NCBI GenBank assembly: GCA_041650935.1
Contig: JBAZKH010000001.1
Location: forward strand, 487,936 to 551,935
DNA: 64,000 nucleotides
From: Candidatus Omnitrophota bacterium
GTDB lineage: Bacteria; Omnitrophota; Gorgyraeia; 2-01-FULL-45-10
Direction of reading: 5' to 3'
Shown here: positions 9,413 to 19,237 of the stretch, one piece after another
How the letters are laid out: each line of letters starts with the position of its first letter
Numbering within the stretch: the first letter of the stretch is position 1
Made by a program: the position numbers and the translations under genes
Notes under the pieces: model-generated
Told to the model about the DNA's origin: nothing
The model's input: only the letters and a program-made list of their open reading frames with translations
Databases searched by the model: none

Positions 9413-9452
9413 TAGCCGACATTTAAATGTCGGCTACGACGGAGAGCTTTTT
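9413..9452 (+). terminator. hairpin GTAGCCGACATTTAAATGTCGGCTAC followed by a T-tract. Terminator-like
   Basis: Perfect 10-bp stem with a TTTAAA loop, then ..GAGCTTTTTTGG. Confidence 0.5.
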
Positions 9453-9553
9453 TGGCTAAACTCTTACTTCAAGTCGTTAAGATTAAATAGGAAAAAGTCA
9501 GCTATTTAGCTTGACTCTTATCCCTGGTATGGTTTACAGTAGTTAACATATAT

Positions 9554-10180
9554 ATGAAGAAGCGACTCATTCCGATATGCCTTGTCTTAATTATCGCTTT
9601 GTGCTGTATATCGATATACGCCTTACATAAATTCTACATCTCCGCAATATCGAAACATTCCAGGGCTATTTCCTCGAAGGCCGCGGCGCTTGAAGAGTTC
9701 GATCTAAGCGAATATTCCGCAGGGGGCGCCTATAAAAAGCTCACGATCCAGGGCAAAAAACTGGGTATTGCGGCTAAAAAACTGGGCATCTTTCGTTTGG
9801 CGCCCGCGAAGGTAACGGAAATACAGGATGTGTCGATCACGTTCTACGAGAAGGGCGCCGTCATTTCCCAGATTACGGCAAAGAAAGCTTTCCTGAATGC
9901 TTCCGTTGAGGATGAGAACCCGATGGCGTCTATTGTGAAAGAGATGGACTTCTCCGGGAAGGTGGATGTGGTTACCGGAGACAGGAGGACGCTTGTCTGC
10001 AGCAGGTTAAAATGGGATAATGGACTGAACCGCATCTTCGCGAGCGGTAATTGTGTTTTGAGATTTGACAATAATGTGATCAGGGCGGATCAAATAGATT
10101 CGGATCTTAAATTACGGGATTTTAATTCTAAAAATGACAGGCTGAAGAGACTGCGGGCATTAAGCCGCGCGGTCATGTAA
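9554..10180 (+). CDS. LptC-like (OstA/LptC-fold) membrane-anchored periplasmic protein
   Basis: N-terminal TM. C-terminal beta-jellyroll-like segment resembling LptC (..DFSGKVDVVTGDRRTLVCSRLKWDNGLNRIFASGNCVL..). Confidence 0.4.
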   Translation: MKKRLIPICLVLIIALCCISIYALHKFYISAISKHSRAISSKAAALEEFDLSEYSAGGAYKKLTIQGKKLGIAAKKLGIFRLAPAKVTEIQDVSITFYEKGAVISQITAKKAFLNASVEDENPMASIVKEMDFSGKVDVVTGDRRTLVCSRLKWDNGLNRIFASGNCVLRFDNNVIRADQIDSDLKLRDFNSKNDRLKRLRALSRAVM

Positions 10181-10200
10181 GGCCTAAAACGGAGGCGCGT

Positions 10201-13200
10201 ATGTTCAGGTCATCGTATTTTGTTAAGGCTGCGGCAATTGTTCTGCTTATATTGGGATCCCTGTCTTTCCCGGATTCGGTTTTTGCGGGTATTGCCGAAG
10301 GTAAGAATCTTCTTGCGGATGATATGGACATCGTCGGCGCGCACGCACAATTCCACGCGGCGCTTGAGGCTAACCCCGGCGGGCAATGCGAAAATTTCTG
10401 GCACGCGGTTACGGCGATCTTCTCAAACGGCGCGCTAAAGACAAAACTGCGAGACCTCAAGATATTCGATGGCAGCGACAGATTGGCGATATTTGACAGC
10501 GAAGGAGATTTGAATTACGTTGCCGACGCGGATGTCGACAATATTATAATCGACGATACCGGCCTTACCTATACCAGCCCTGCCAACTGGATAACGGTGC
10601 CAAGGACGGAAACGAACCATCCGTATAATGATAGCTTTATAGTAAATAGCGTTGGTTCCGGGACCGCTACATGGACTCCGAATGTTTTGACGCCGGGATA
10701 TTATAAGGTCCTGGCATGGATACCTTCAGACTCCGCGAATACCGGGGATGCGAAATATTCGGTGGGAGGTAATCCTGTCGTTTCAGTAAATCAAAAAGGA
10801 GGCGGGGGTGGATGGTGGGTCTCGCTGGGAGAATATGATCTTGCGGCCGGGTCCGTCAATATAACGCTGTCGGCTGATGGCTGCGCGGGACGCGTGATAG
10901 CCGATGCCGTAAAACTGGAATATATGGGCGCCATCAGGAACGACACAGAAGCCGGTTTTAGCGGTGCATGGATAGCGGAGACGGACAGTAATAAGGCGTT
11001 TAGACGTGATTATAAATGGCATGCGGCGGGTTCGGGCTCAACCGCTACATGGACATTTAATGGTGTCGATACGGCAAAGAAGTACCTGGTCTATGCAAGG
11101 TGGCCCCGCATAAGTGAAGGCGCGGCCCCTAAAGTCCAGTATGTCATGAGCACTGACGGCAGTCCGACTACCGTAACGGCAAGCCAGAGCGAAAATGCCA
11201 ATGGATGGTGCTGTCTCGGCATGTTCCAGTTTTCAGGCGCTATAGCCACAGTAACCCTTAACTCCAGCGCCGACGGAATAGTAGCCGCGGATGCCGTAAA
11301 GATCGCGCCCGCCAGGCCGTACCCGGATTTAACCCAGGCCCAGGACATGCTCAATAACAGCGCGACCGGCATAATGACCCAGATAGACGAAGCGCTCGCT
11401 AACCTTTCCAAGATAAATGATACAACAAAAGATTTTTCCGACTCCATAGTTTTGGGGGGACAAACGATTACGCTCGATTACGGTGACGCTATGGCTATTG
11501 AAGCGGCCCTCTATTTTTTAAAGGCCATGGCAAAGATAAATGCCGCATATGATATGAACAATATGAATATGCAGTCTCTGGTATTTAATCAAGGCTGTGT
11601 GCTTGACACGCCCCTATCTTTCCTTAATAGTTATATACAGCTCTTCACGCTCCGCGCCGGCGCGGGCGGTTTTCTTTCCGATGCGAAGACCGCGCTCTTG
11701 AACGCGATCGATTCTTACATGCTCGCATCCCCCTTTATACTGAACAGGGGTGAGGATGGCTTAAACCATATGGTTAGTTTTTACGAATCGTATCCCGACA
11801 GGGATGATTACCTTACAGAGGAAGCGTGGAACGGGGCCGTGGCGAAATGGCAGGAAGATAAAGATACGGCATTGGAATGCGAGCAGTATGTGCGTGAAAA
11901 GATGACAGACGTAAAGAATAACCTTACCGCCGCCAACCATCCTTATATCACGATCCCTGCCGAGATACCGGGCGCGGAGGGTGGCCCCGGCATAGAGATC
12001 AAGGTCGACCTGTATGAATTCTTCACGAATCCCAAGAATGTCCGGGACAATATAAATGAGCTTTTGGATAACGGCGTTGCGCCTAACATAGTCTTGGATG
12101 ACCTGCCCGACCCTACAGTGGGTGAGGTATTACCGACACTTGGACCGCGTGACTGGAACTTCCTCTTTGGTTACGGGCCGGTCTTTAAAGACGATCCTCA
12201 GGTTATCTGGGATGCGGACGCGCCTTCGGTTAAGCTTGAATGGGACGCTTCCAGCGACGAACACAAAGACCATATAGTGAAATACGAAATATACCGGTCG
12301 ACTTCAGCCAACATGGCGGGCGCATCTCCGGTAACTACGATCACGGACCCGTTGCTCACAAGCTATGTCGATACTTCTATTAGCGATTCCGAAGATAAAT
12401 ATTACTACCGTGTCCATACTTTTTACAATTTCGGCGGCAGCCACACGGCCGAGACCTATACCGAGGCAGGCAAGGCTATCCTCAGGATATATGTCGATGC
12501 GAATAGCGCGGTTACCGAAGAGGAAGGCACAAGGACCAAGCCTTATAAAGACCTGGGCTATGCGACTTCGGAAGGCGCCGGGAACGGCACAAAGGTCCGC
12601 GTTGCGGCAGGGACGTATCAGGAGAATGCCAGCTCGCTTAAGTTGTGGCGCGCGTCCAGCATTGTCCTCGAGGGCGGATATGAGGGGGTCAATTGGACGA
12701 GAGATATTGCCTCGAACGAGACGATCATCGATTCCCATGGATTGAATCCATCTAATAATCCTCTCGAGCTTTGGAATAAGGGTAATGTAACGATCGATGG
12801 CTTAACGGTAATTGGGCAGGTTACGGCTAATTCCTGGAGCTCGTCTATTTATGTTGGAAATTCTTCTTCTGTTATTATCAGGAATTGCAAAATACGCGGC
12901 GCAAATACCGGCATACAGGTGTATTGTTCGACCGGAGTGCTTATCGAAAACTGCTTTATAGAAGGAAGCGGGTCGATCACGAACGGCGGCCCGGGTATAG
13001 ACGTTTTTGGCTGGGATCAGGTCTCTTCTGTAATCGTCAAGGGATGCCATGTCACTAATTGGTCAAATGGAGGCATCGCGTTTAATTCCGGTAACAATTG
13101 GCAGGGTGCTCTCACGGTTTTTAATAGTGTTATTGACAAAAATAACAAAACAGGTATCAACTGCTGGGGTAATAGTAGTACGGGTGATGTCAGTATACAG

Positions 13201-14313
13201 AACAACACTATTGTAGGGAATAGAGAAACCGGAGGCATATGTTTCAACTCTCTCAGGAGTATAGTTATTAAAAACAACGTAATTGCCCACAATAACGGTG
13301 GTATAAATTTGACAAGTATTGGTATTTATGGGTGTAACACAACCGGCACATTACAGGTTGTTGCCAATAATGATTCTTATGGTCACTTTAATGGAGATTT
13401 CATTGGCTGTGCAGCTTCTGGGTATAACGGCAACATAAATGCCGACCCGCTCTTTATCGACGAGGCGAATGGGAATTACCGCCTCGGACAGATAGCTTCC
13501 GGACAGGCAGGTAATTCGCCGTGTGTCGACACGGGCAGTGATACGTCTGCAAGCCTCGGCCTGTCAGGCATGACCACGCGCAGCGACGGTGTGGTCGATA
13601 GCGGTATTGTGGATATGGGCTATCATTACGCTTCGACCATGGCGCCAATATATAAGGAAGAGTTCATAGTTGACTTCGGTGATGTATACGGCATCTGGGT
13701 ACGGTACAACGACTCAACCTGGACCAAGCTCCATGACTTAAGTCCGAAATCAATGGTAACCGGCGACATCGACGGTAACGGTAAAGACGATATCATTATC
13801 GACTTCGGAACCGAATACGGCATCTGGATAAAGTACAATGATTCTGGCTGGCAGCAGCTTCACAGCTTGAGCTCGGAGTCAATGGTAACCGGCGACATCG
13901 ACGGTAACGGTAAAGACGATATCATTATCGACTTCGGAACCGAATACGGCATCTGGGTACGGTACAACGACTCAACCTGGACCAAGCTCCATGACTTAAG
14001 TCCGAAATCAATGGTAACCGGCGACATCGACGGTAACGGTAAAGACGATATCATTATCGACTTCGGAACCGAATACGGCATCTGGATAAAGTACAATGAT
14101 TCTGGCTGGCAGCAGCTTCACAGCTTGAGCTCGGAGTCAATGGTAACCGGCGACATCGACGGTAACGGTAAAGACGATATCATTATCGACTTCGGAACCG
14201 AATACGGCATCTGGGTACGGTACAACGACTCAACCTGGACCAAGCTCCATGACTTAAGTCCGAAATCAATGGTAACCGGCGAGCTGGATAACGATAGCGG
14301 CGGAATTGTATAA
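10201..14313 (+). CDS. giant secreted multidomain protein. Order: signal peptide, two golvesin-C-like carbohydrate-binding-type domains, helical region, FN3-like domain, right-handed parallel beta-helix, then six FG-GAP/VCBS-like repeats
   Basis: Signal peptide. Two ..GxYxV..W.P.....A.Y.V........Q..GGG.WV.LG...L..G....L.....G.V.ADAVK.. domains. FN3-like ..VKLEWDASSD..YEIYRS... PbH1-type NxxIxG repeats (..NCKIRGANTGIQV..NCFIEGSG..). C-terminal DxDGNGKDDIIIDFG..YGIW..YN repeats. Confidence 0.7.
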   Translation: MFRSSYFVKAAAIVLLILGSLSFPDSVFAGIAEGKNLLADDMDIVGAHAQFHAALEANPGGQCENFWHAVTAIFSNGALKTKLRDLKIFDGSDRLAIFDSEGDLNYVADADVDNIIIDDTGLTYTSPANWITVPRTETNHPYNDSFIVNSVGSGTATWTPNVLTPGYYKVLAWIPSDSANTGDAKYSVGGNPVVSVNQKGGGGGWWVSLGEYDLAAGSVNITLSADGCAGRVIADAVKLEYMGAIRNDTEAGFSGAWIAETDSNKAFRRDYKWHAAGSGSTATWTFNGVDTAKKYLVYARWPRISEGAAPKVQYVMSTDGSPTTVTASQSENANGWCCLGMFQFSGAIATVTLNSSADGIVAADAVKIAPARPYPDLTQAQDMLNNSATGIMTQIDEALANLSKINDTTKDFSDSIVLGGQTITLDYGDAMAIEAALYFLKAMAKINAAYDMNNMNMQSLVFNQGCVLDTPLSFLNSYIQLFTLRAGAGGFLSDAKTALLNAIDSYMLASPFILNRGEDGLNHMVSFYESYPDRDDYLTEEAWNGAVAKWQEDKDTALECEQYVREKMTDVKNNLTAANHPYITIPAEIPGAEGGPGIEIKVDLYEFFTNPKNVRDNINELLDNGVAPNIVLDDLPDPTVGEVLPTLGPRDWNFLFGYGPVFKDDPQVIWDADAPSVKLEWDASSDEHKDHIVKYEIYRSTSANMAGASPVTTITDPLLTSYVDTSISDSEDKYYYRVHTFYNFGGSHTAETYTEAGKAILRIYVDANSAVTEEEGTRTKPYKDLGYATSEGAGNGTKVRVAAGTYQENASSLKLWRASSIVLEGGYEGVNWTRDIASNETIIDSHGLNPSNNPLELWNKGNVTIDGLTVIGQVTANSWSSSIYVGNSSSVIIRNCKIRGANTGIQVYCSTGVLIENCFIEGSGSITNGGPGIDVFGWDQVSSVIVKGCHVTNWSNGGIAFNSGNNWQGALTVFNSVIDKNNKTGINCWGNSSTGDVSIQNNTIVGNRETGGICFNSLRSIVIKNNVIAHNNGGINLTSIGIYGCNTTGTLQVVANNDSYGHFNGDFIGCAASGYNGNINADPLFIDEANGNYRLGQIASGQAGNSPCVDTGSDTSASLGLSGMTTRSDGVVDSGIVDMGYHYASTMAPIYKEEFIVDFGDVYGIWVRYNDSTWTKLHDLSPKSMVTGDIDGNGKDDIIIDFGTEYGIWIKYNDSGWQQLHSLSSESMVTGDIDGNGKDDIIIDFGTEYGIWVRYNDSTWTKLHDLSPKSMVTGDIDGNGKDDIIIDFGTEYGIWIKYNDSGWQQLHSLSSESMVTGDIDGNGKDDIIIDFGTEYGIWVRYNDSTWTKLHDLSPKSMVTGELDNDSGGIV
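13691..14280 (+). repeat. perfect tandem repeat, 258-bp period (two 43-aa propeller blades per unit), ~2.3 copies, inside CDS 10201..14313
   Basis: Copies beginning at 13691, 13949 and 14207 read identically base for base. Confidence 0.85.
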
Positions 14314-14333
14314 ACGCAATTTAATGCAGTGGG

Positions 14334-14359
14334 GCAGGTTTAAACCTGCCCCACTTCTG
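14334..14359 (+). repeat. palindromic element GTGGGGCAGG-TTTAAA-CCTGCCCCAC. Member of the dispersed TTTAAA-loop hairpin family. Terminator-like
   Basis: Perfect 10-bp stem. Lies 21 nt after the stop of 10201..14313. Confidence 0.6.
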
Positions 14360-14409
14360 TCATTGCGAGGGCACGAAGTGTCCGAAGCGATCTAAAATCG
14401 GGAGGGCGC

Positions 14410-17100
14410 ATGGAAAGACGCATACAAGTAATATGCGCATTAATTTTCAGCACTCTTATATTCATGGGGTTATGCGGTATTGCATTCGCGAATGGTACTA
14501 TAAGCGGTTCGGTCACGAGAAGCTCTGACGGCCAAGTAATTTTTGGCATCCATGTTTACGCCGACCCCATTACCGGTGGTAACAGTATCGTGACACAGAC
14601 CAACGATGCCGGAGGTTTTAACCTATCGCTTCCTGCCGGTTCTTACAGGATAAGATCCGGCGGCGAGATCATTGCAGAGATATCATATGTACAGGAATAT
14701 TATGATGAGCAGACTGGTTGGGGTACGGCAAATATGGTGACCGTATCGGATGGCCAGACTCTCTACGACGTAAACTTTACGCTCGATATCGGCGGTGTGA
14801 TATCGGGAGTCGTTTACAAAGAAGATGGCGTGACACCGCTTGCAGATGAGTACATAGGCGCGCGTTCCACCGACGGTGCCAAATTTGCGGGCACCCGGAC
14901 AGGTTCGAGCGGCGCGTATATCATGGCCGCGCCGGCAGGCGAGTTTAAAGTTCGGGCAGGCGGCAATACCGAATATGCGCCGAAATGGTACGCCCAGAAA
15001 AATTCCTTCTATGATGCTGATACGGTGACAGTATTGCAAGGCGAGACCGCCGCGAATATTGATTTTACTTTAGATGTGGGCGCGACTGTTGCCGGAGTGG
15101 TGTATGATAATCTGGGCGCGCCGAAAGGGAGCGTGACCGTAATTTATAACGATTATGCGTTATCCCGCATATATCCGTATTCGAGATCCGCTGTTACCGA
15201 TCCTAATGGAACGTTTATTCTGCAGGGACTCGCGGGAGGCATCTGCAAAATATCCGCTGAGCCCATAGTAAACTCCGGGCTAGCTTTCAGCGGGAAGTAC
15301 ATTTATTTGAATCCCGGGGAGAACAAGGTAGGCATGGATTTTTCGCTTTCGCAGGGATACCGTATCTGGGGATATGTAAAGAATGCCAAAGGCGCGGGTC
15401 TTTACAATGTCAGAGTAAAAGCCGGCACTGCCGATGAGCCGACTGTTGCCGAGGCAGTGACCGACCTTAACGGCCAATACGAGATGGCGCTTGCGCCGTC
15501 CATATACAGTCTCAGAATTAGCGATGACTGCGGTAGCGTAGCTCTCCCAAAAATAAAGACAGTGTCCGGCCAAGCTAAAGTGCAGGATTTTATCGCCTAT
15601 GATAACAGTAATGCGGAAACTTTGGAAGGGGTTGTTACAAACAGCGGTAGTGGCGTGACTTCGTCGTTCATGCTTTCCGCCTACAAAGCCGGTGTTGCGG
15701 CAAACATCAGTCCGTTCAATTACGGTCTTTATGCAAACGGCTGCTTCAGTGAGAACCTGATAGCCGAGGGAGGGGAGTTCAATATTTTTGTTGCGCCTCG
15801 CTCCAGCTACGATCTTTGTTTTCTTGCGATAAATATTGCCTCGCGCGGCATGGTCTCCTGTACGGTTAGAGATATCCGTTATAAGTGCGCGTCGAATTCA
15901 GAAGGCAACGGTTTTAATTATGATTTTACCGGAGGCGAAGTGGCGGGAAAGGTTACTTATGACCACAAGCCTCTTCTCATGGCCAAAGTATTCCTTTTGG
16001 ATTCATCCGAGCTGATAGCTGGTGTTGCCGAAACGGACGAGAACGGCACTTATAATATTTATAATGTCGCTCCGGGTGATTATATCCTGGAGGCAAAGAC
16101 TCTTGACGGCGAAGTAAGCCAAATGATATCAGCCGCTGTTGTGGATGAAGAGAGCACGGCAGCCAACCTTAAGTTCGAATCGGCATCGCAGATAATTACC
16201 GCGGACCTCGATGGTAACGGTAAGGATGAGATCATTATAAATTTCGGCACTCAATATGGCATCTGGATATACTACAATAATTCAACATGGGCAAAGCTCC
16301 ACGACTTAAGCCCCGAGTCAGTAACAGCGGGCGACCTCGACGCAAGCGGTAAAGACGACATTATTATCGACTTCGGGCCGCAGTATGGTATATGGATATA
16401 TTATAATAACGAAACTTGGCGGCAGCTTCACACGATAAGCCCGAAATCCATGATTACGAGCGACCTTGATGGTAACGGAAAGGCGGAAATAATCGTCGAC
16501 TTTGGTTCGCAATACGGCATATGGATATATTACAATAACGAGACATGGCAAAAACTGCATGATTTGAACGCCAAGTTCATGACCGTCGGCGATACTGATG
16601 GTGACGGTGTTAAAGATGATATAATAGTCGACTTCGGCAATCCATACGGCATCTGGATATATTACAGTAATGATGAAATATGGGAGCATCTGCATTCTGT
16701 AAGTTCGGATTCCATCGTGGTCAAAGATATAAACTATGACGGTGTGGACGATATAATTGTCGACTTTGGCCGCCCTTACGGTATATGGATATATTATGAC
16801 TGTTATTTCTGGGACCATCTTCATGATCTTAGCCCCGAGACCATGGCCGTGAATAGTTTCGGCGATGTTATGATCGATTTCGGCCCTCAATACGGCATGT
16901 GGGCATATTACGCTCACGGCGACTATGCGAACAACTGGTTTCATCTGGCAGGAGCTACTCCCCAGTCCATATCGGTCGGTAATATCGACGGGGATGAAGA
17001 CGGCTGGGATGATATCATTATCGATTTCGGCAGCGGGTATGGCGTATGGGTTTATTATAACGACTCTATTTGGGTGCAATTGCATTATTTAAGTCCGTAG
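14410..17100 (+). CDS. secreted protein with multiple carboxypeptidase-regulatory-like (CarbopepD_reg/Cna-B-like) beta-sandwich repeats and ~9 divergent FG-GAP/VCBS-like propeller repeats
   Basis: Signal peptide. Repeated G.ISG.V......G......V.....G.......TD..G.F.L..L..G.Y.I modules. C-terminal D.DG.GKD.II.DFG..YGIWIYYN..W..LH..S repeats related to the preceding gene. Confidence 0.65.
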   Translation: MERRIQVICALIFSTLIFMGLCGIAFANGTISGSVTRSSDGQVIFGIHVYADPITGGNSIVTQTNDAGGFNLSLPAGSYRIRSGGEIIAEISYVQEYYDEQTGWGTANMVTVSDGQTLYDVNFTLDIGGVISGVVYKEDGVTPLADEYIGARSTDGAKFAGTRTGSSGAYIMAAPAGEFKVRAGGNTEYAPKWYAQKNSFYDADTVTVLQGETAANIDFTLDVGATVAGVVYDNLGAPKGSVTVIYNDYALSRIYPYSRSAVTDPNGTFILQGLAGGICKISAEPIVNSGLAFSGKYIYLNPGENKVGMDFSLSQGYRIWGYVKNAKGAGLYNVRVKAGTADEPTVAEAVTDLNGQYEMALAPSIYSLRISDDCGSVALPKIKTVSGQAKVQDFIAYDNSNAETLEGVVTNSGSGVTSSFMLSAYKAGVAANISPFNYGLYANGCFSENLIAEGGEFNIFVAPRSSYDLCFLAINIASRGMVSCTVRDIRYKCASNSEGNGFNYDFTGGEVAGKVTYDHKPLLMAKVFLLDSSELIAGVAETDENGTYNIYNVAPGDYILEAKTLDGEVSQMISAAVVDEESTAANLKFESASQIITADLDGNGKDEIIINFGTQYGIWIYYNNSTWAKLHDLSPESVTAGDLDASGKDDIIIDFGPQYGIWIYYNNETWRQLHTISPKSMITSDLDGNGKAEIIVDFGSQYGIWIYYNNETWQKLHDLNAKFMTVGDTDGDGVKDDIIVDFGNPYGIWIYYSNDEIWEHLHSVSSDSIVVKDINYDGVDDIIVDFGRPYGIWIYYDCYFWDHLHDLSPETMAVNSFGDVMIDFGPQYGMWAYYAHGDYANNWFHLAGATPQSISVGNIDGDEDGWDDIIIDFGSGYGVWVYYNDSIWVQLHYLSP

Positions 17101-17113
17101 GTAAAAAGGAAAT

Positions 17114-17689
17114 ATGAGAAAAAATATATTTTTGTTAAGTGTGATTTTGGTAATAGTCGTAATTTCTGTTGCGCTTGCCGTTATGGTTATATTTTCCGCG
17201 ACAAAACCGGAGAAACATCCCGCGCCGGTAAAAGCTGTGGTACCGATTTCTGTAAAACCGGAATTACCAGGCCGGCCGGTTGAAAATGGAGCGGTGACAA
17301 ACGCGTCAGTAGTGTCAGCCACGAAATCCGAAGAGAAGGTCCCGGAATTGCCAATGCCGGTAACGGAAAAACCACTGCAGGAAGAGGGGGCTAAAGTTAC
17401 TTCCGGCGCACCGCCTGATCAGGCCACTGTCATAGGCCTGCAGGTACTGCCTGTAGATTCTGCCGGAAAGTCAACAGCAGAGCTTCCGGCATTTATTCCG
17501 ACCACAAACACGACCGGCCCTGTACCCATAGTGCCAACGACGTCAAAGACACAGGATATTACCTCATTCGTCCCTAAACCCAGCGTGACCGGCCCCGTAG
17601 CGAAGGAAGGTGGGGCGGAACACAAGGATTTACCGCCATTTACTCCCGTCACAAGCCCCACCGGCCCTGTCAGGAAAGAAAACCAATAG
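17114..17689 (+). CDS. N-terminally anchored Pro/Thr-rich low-complexity protein
   Basis: One N-terminal TM helix, then repetitive PTTxTTGPV / PxTxPTGPV segments. Confidence 0.45.
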   Translation: MRKNIFLLSVILVIVVISVALAVMVIFSATKPEKHPAPVKAVVPISVKPELPGRPVENGAVTNASVVSATKSEEKVPELPMPVTEKPLQEEGAKVTSGAPPDQATVIGLQVLPVDSAGKSTAELPAFIPTTNTTGPVPIVPTTSKTQDITSFVPKPSVTGPVAKEGGAEHKDLPPFTPVTSPTGPVRKENQ

Positions 17690-17938
17690 GTTTTTGGCTA
17701 ATCCTGAATTTAATGCTATAATCATAACAATGCAGAAAATGACTAAAAAGAACAAACTTTTTATTGCAGTAATATTAATGATATTAAGCGCTATATTATT
17801 ATATTGTGTGAAAGACAGGATGGGTATCAACATCCTGCCTCATCGGCACATGCTGTTTTTTAAGGAGTAAGATAGTGAACTAGGATAAAAACTAAAGAAA
17901 ATAATATATATTTATTTATATATATAAATAAATTTTCA

Positions 17939-19237
17939 ATGAATCATAAACGTAGAGACAAATATGAGCGATTCGGCGCCGAAAAGAAACGGCTAGTAGA
18001 GAATTTCTTCAGTCTTTCTTCCGTTGATTTTGCAAATTATATTCTACCACTTATTGCGTTCCCTTATTTGGTAAGGATATTAGGACCGGAGAAGTACGGT
18101 CTTATTGCATTTGCACAGGCATTTATTCAATATTTTGTTATTCTTACCGATTACGGATTCAATTTTTCGGCTACTAGAAGCATTTCCATGCATAGAGCGG
18201 ACCATCGGAAGATTTCAATGATATTTAATTCCGTGATATGGGCGAAGGGCATATTTACCGCAGCAAGTTTTATCATGTTGATAGTAATAATATTTTTGTC
18301 ATCTAAATTTAGAGCCGACGCATTGTTGTATTTTTTTACTTTCGGTATCGTGATTGGAAATACGCTTTTTCCCATATGGTTCTTTCAGGGTATGGAACGA
18401 ATGAAGTTTATCGCGGCAGTAAATTTACTGGCAAAACTGATATTTGTGGTCGCAATTTTTATTTTTATAAAACGGCAGGAGGATTATATCTACGTTCCCC
18501 TGATAAGTTCGTGCGGATTTATAACCGCAGGTATTATTAGTTTGTGGCAGGTGCATAGAAGATTCGGGATACGTTTCGGATATCCTGATTTTGCAGAAGT
18601 TAAAAATGAAATGAGAGACGGTTGGTACCTATTCGTGGCTACTATTACAGCAAGTATTTATACTACAGGTGTACCGCTTCTGTTGGGTCTCATGACTAAT
18701 TATAAGATCGTAGGTTTTTACAGTGCTGGCGAAAAGATTGTGAGGGCTTTGGAAAACCTGCAGCTACGCCTGACTCAGACATTGTATCCTTATATTGGTA
18801 AACTTGTTGCTCAATCAGTTTCTTCTGCGGTTATTTTTATAAGGAAGCTTGCAACTATAGTGGGCTTAGGCACTCTTCTTTTTTCCGTATGTATAATCGT
18901 GTTTTCTCGACAAATAGTACATCTAATTCTTGGCGATTCCTTTCTTGCGACTACGTCTGTGTTATCCATTCTTGCACCATTATTATTTGCGAAAGGCCTC
19001 GGGCATATTTTCCTGATTCAAACGATGATGAATTTCGGAGATGACCGTGCCGTGTTTTGGATAGTTTTGTGTGCTGCGGTTATAAGCGTGGTAGCGGCGT
19101 TTATACTTATACCGATCTTACTTGAGGGGGGAGCGGCAATTGCCGCTCTTTTACCAGAGGTGATAGTGCTGGTGCTTTCTGGCATATATGTAACAAAAAA
19201 ATATCATGTATTTAGTATATATGGTTTAAGCCGATGA
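17939..19237 (+). CDS. Wzx-like O-unit flippase / polysaccharide biosynthesis protein (MOP superfamily)
   Basis: Polytopic. N-terminal ..ILPLIAFPYLVRILGPEKYG.. motif typical of Wzx. Confidence 0.7.
   Translation: MNHKRRDKYERFGAEKKRLVENFFSLSSVDFANYILPLIAFPYLVRILGPEKYGLIAFAQAFIQYFVILTDYGFNFSATRSISMHRADHRKISMIFNSVIWAKGIFTAASFIMLIVIIFLSSKFRADALLYFFTFGIVIGNTLFPIWFFQGMERMKFIAAVNLLAKLIFVVAIFIFIKRQEDYIYVPLISSCGFITAGIISLWQVHRRFGIRFGYPDFAEVKNEMRDGWYLFVATITASIYTTGVPLLLGLMTNYKIVGFYSAGEKIVRALENLQLRLTQTLYPYIGKLVAQSVSSAVIFIRKLATIVGLGTLLFSVCIIVFSRQIVHLILGDSFLATTSVLSILAPLLFAKGLGHIFLIQTMMNFGDDRAVFWIVLCAAVISVVAAFILIPILLEGGAAIAALLPEVIVLVLSGIYVTKKYHVFSIYGLSR

Noticed and set aside
13626-14096. Minus-strand 70- and 78-aa ORFs (MYFIQMPYSVPKS..)
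   Set aside because: They are antisense shadows of the 258-bp tandem coding repeats.
13691-14280. Possible CRISPR array
   Set aside because: The repeats are 258 bp, contiguous without unique spacers, and in frame within a CDS. This is not a CRISPR architecture. No cas genes are present.
16318-17085. 255-aa minus-strand ORF
   Set aside because: It lies entirely antisense to the repeat region of 14410..17100. Its low-complexity, His/Ile-rich translation mirrors the sense repeats. It is a shadow ORF created by the repetitive coding sequence.
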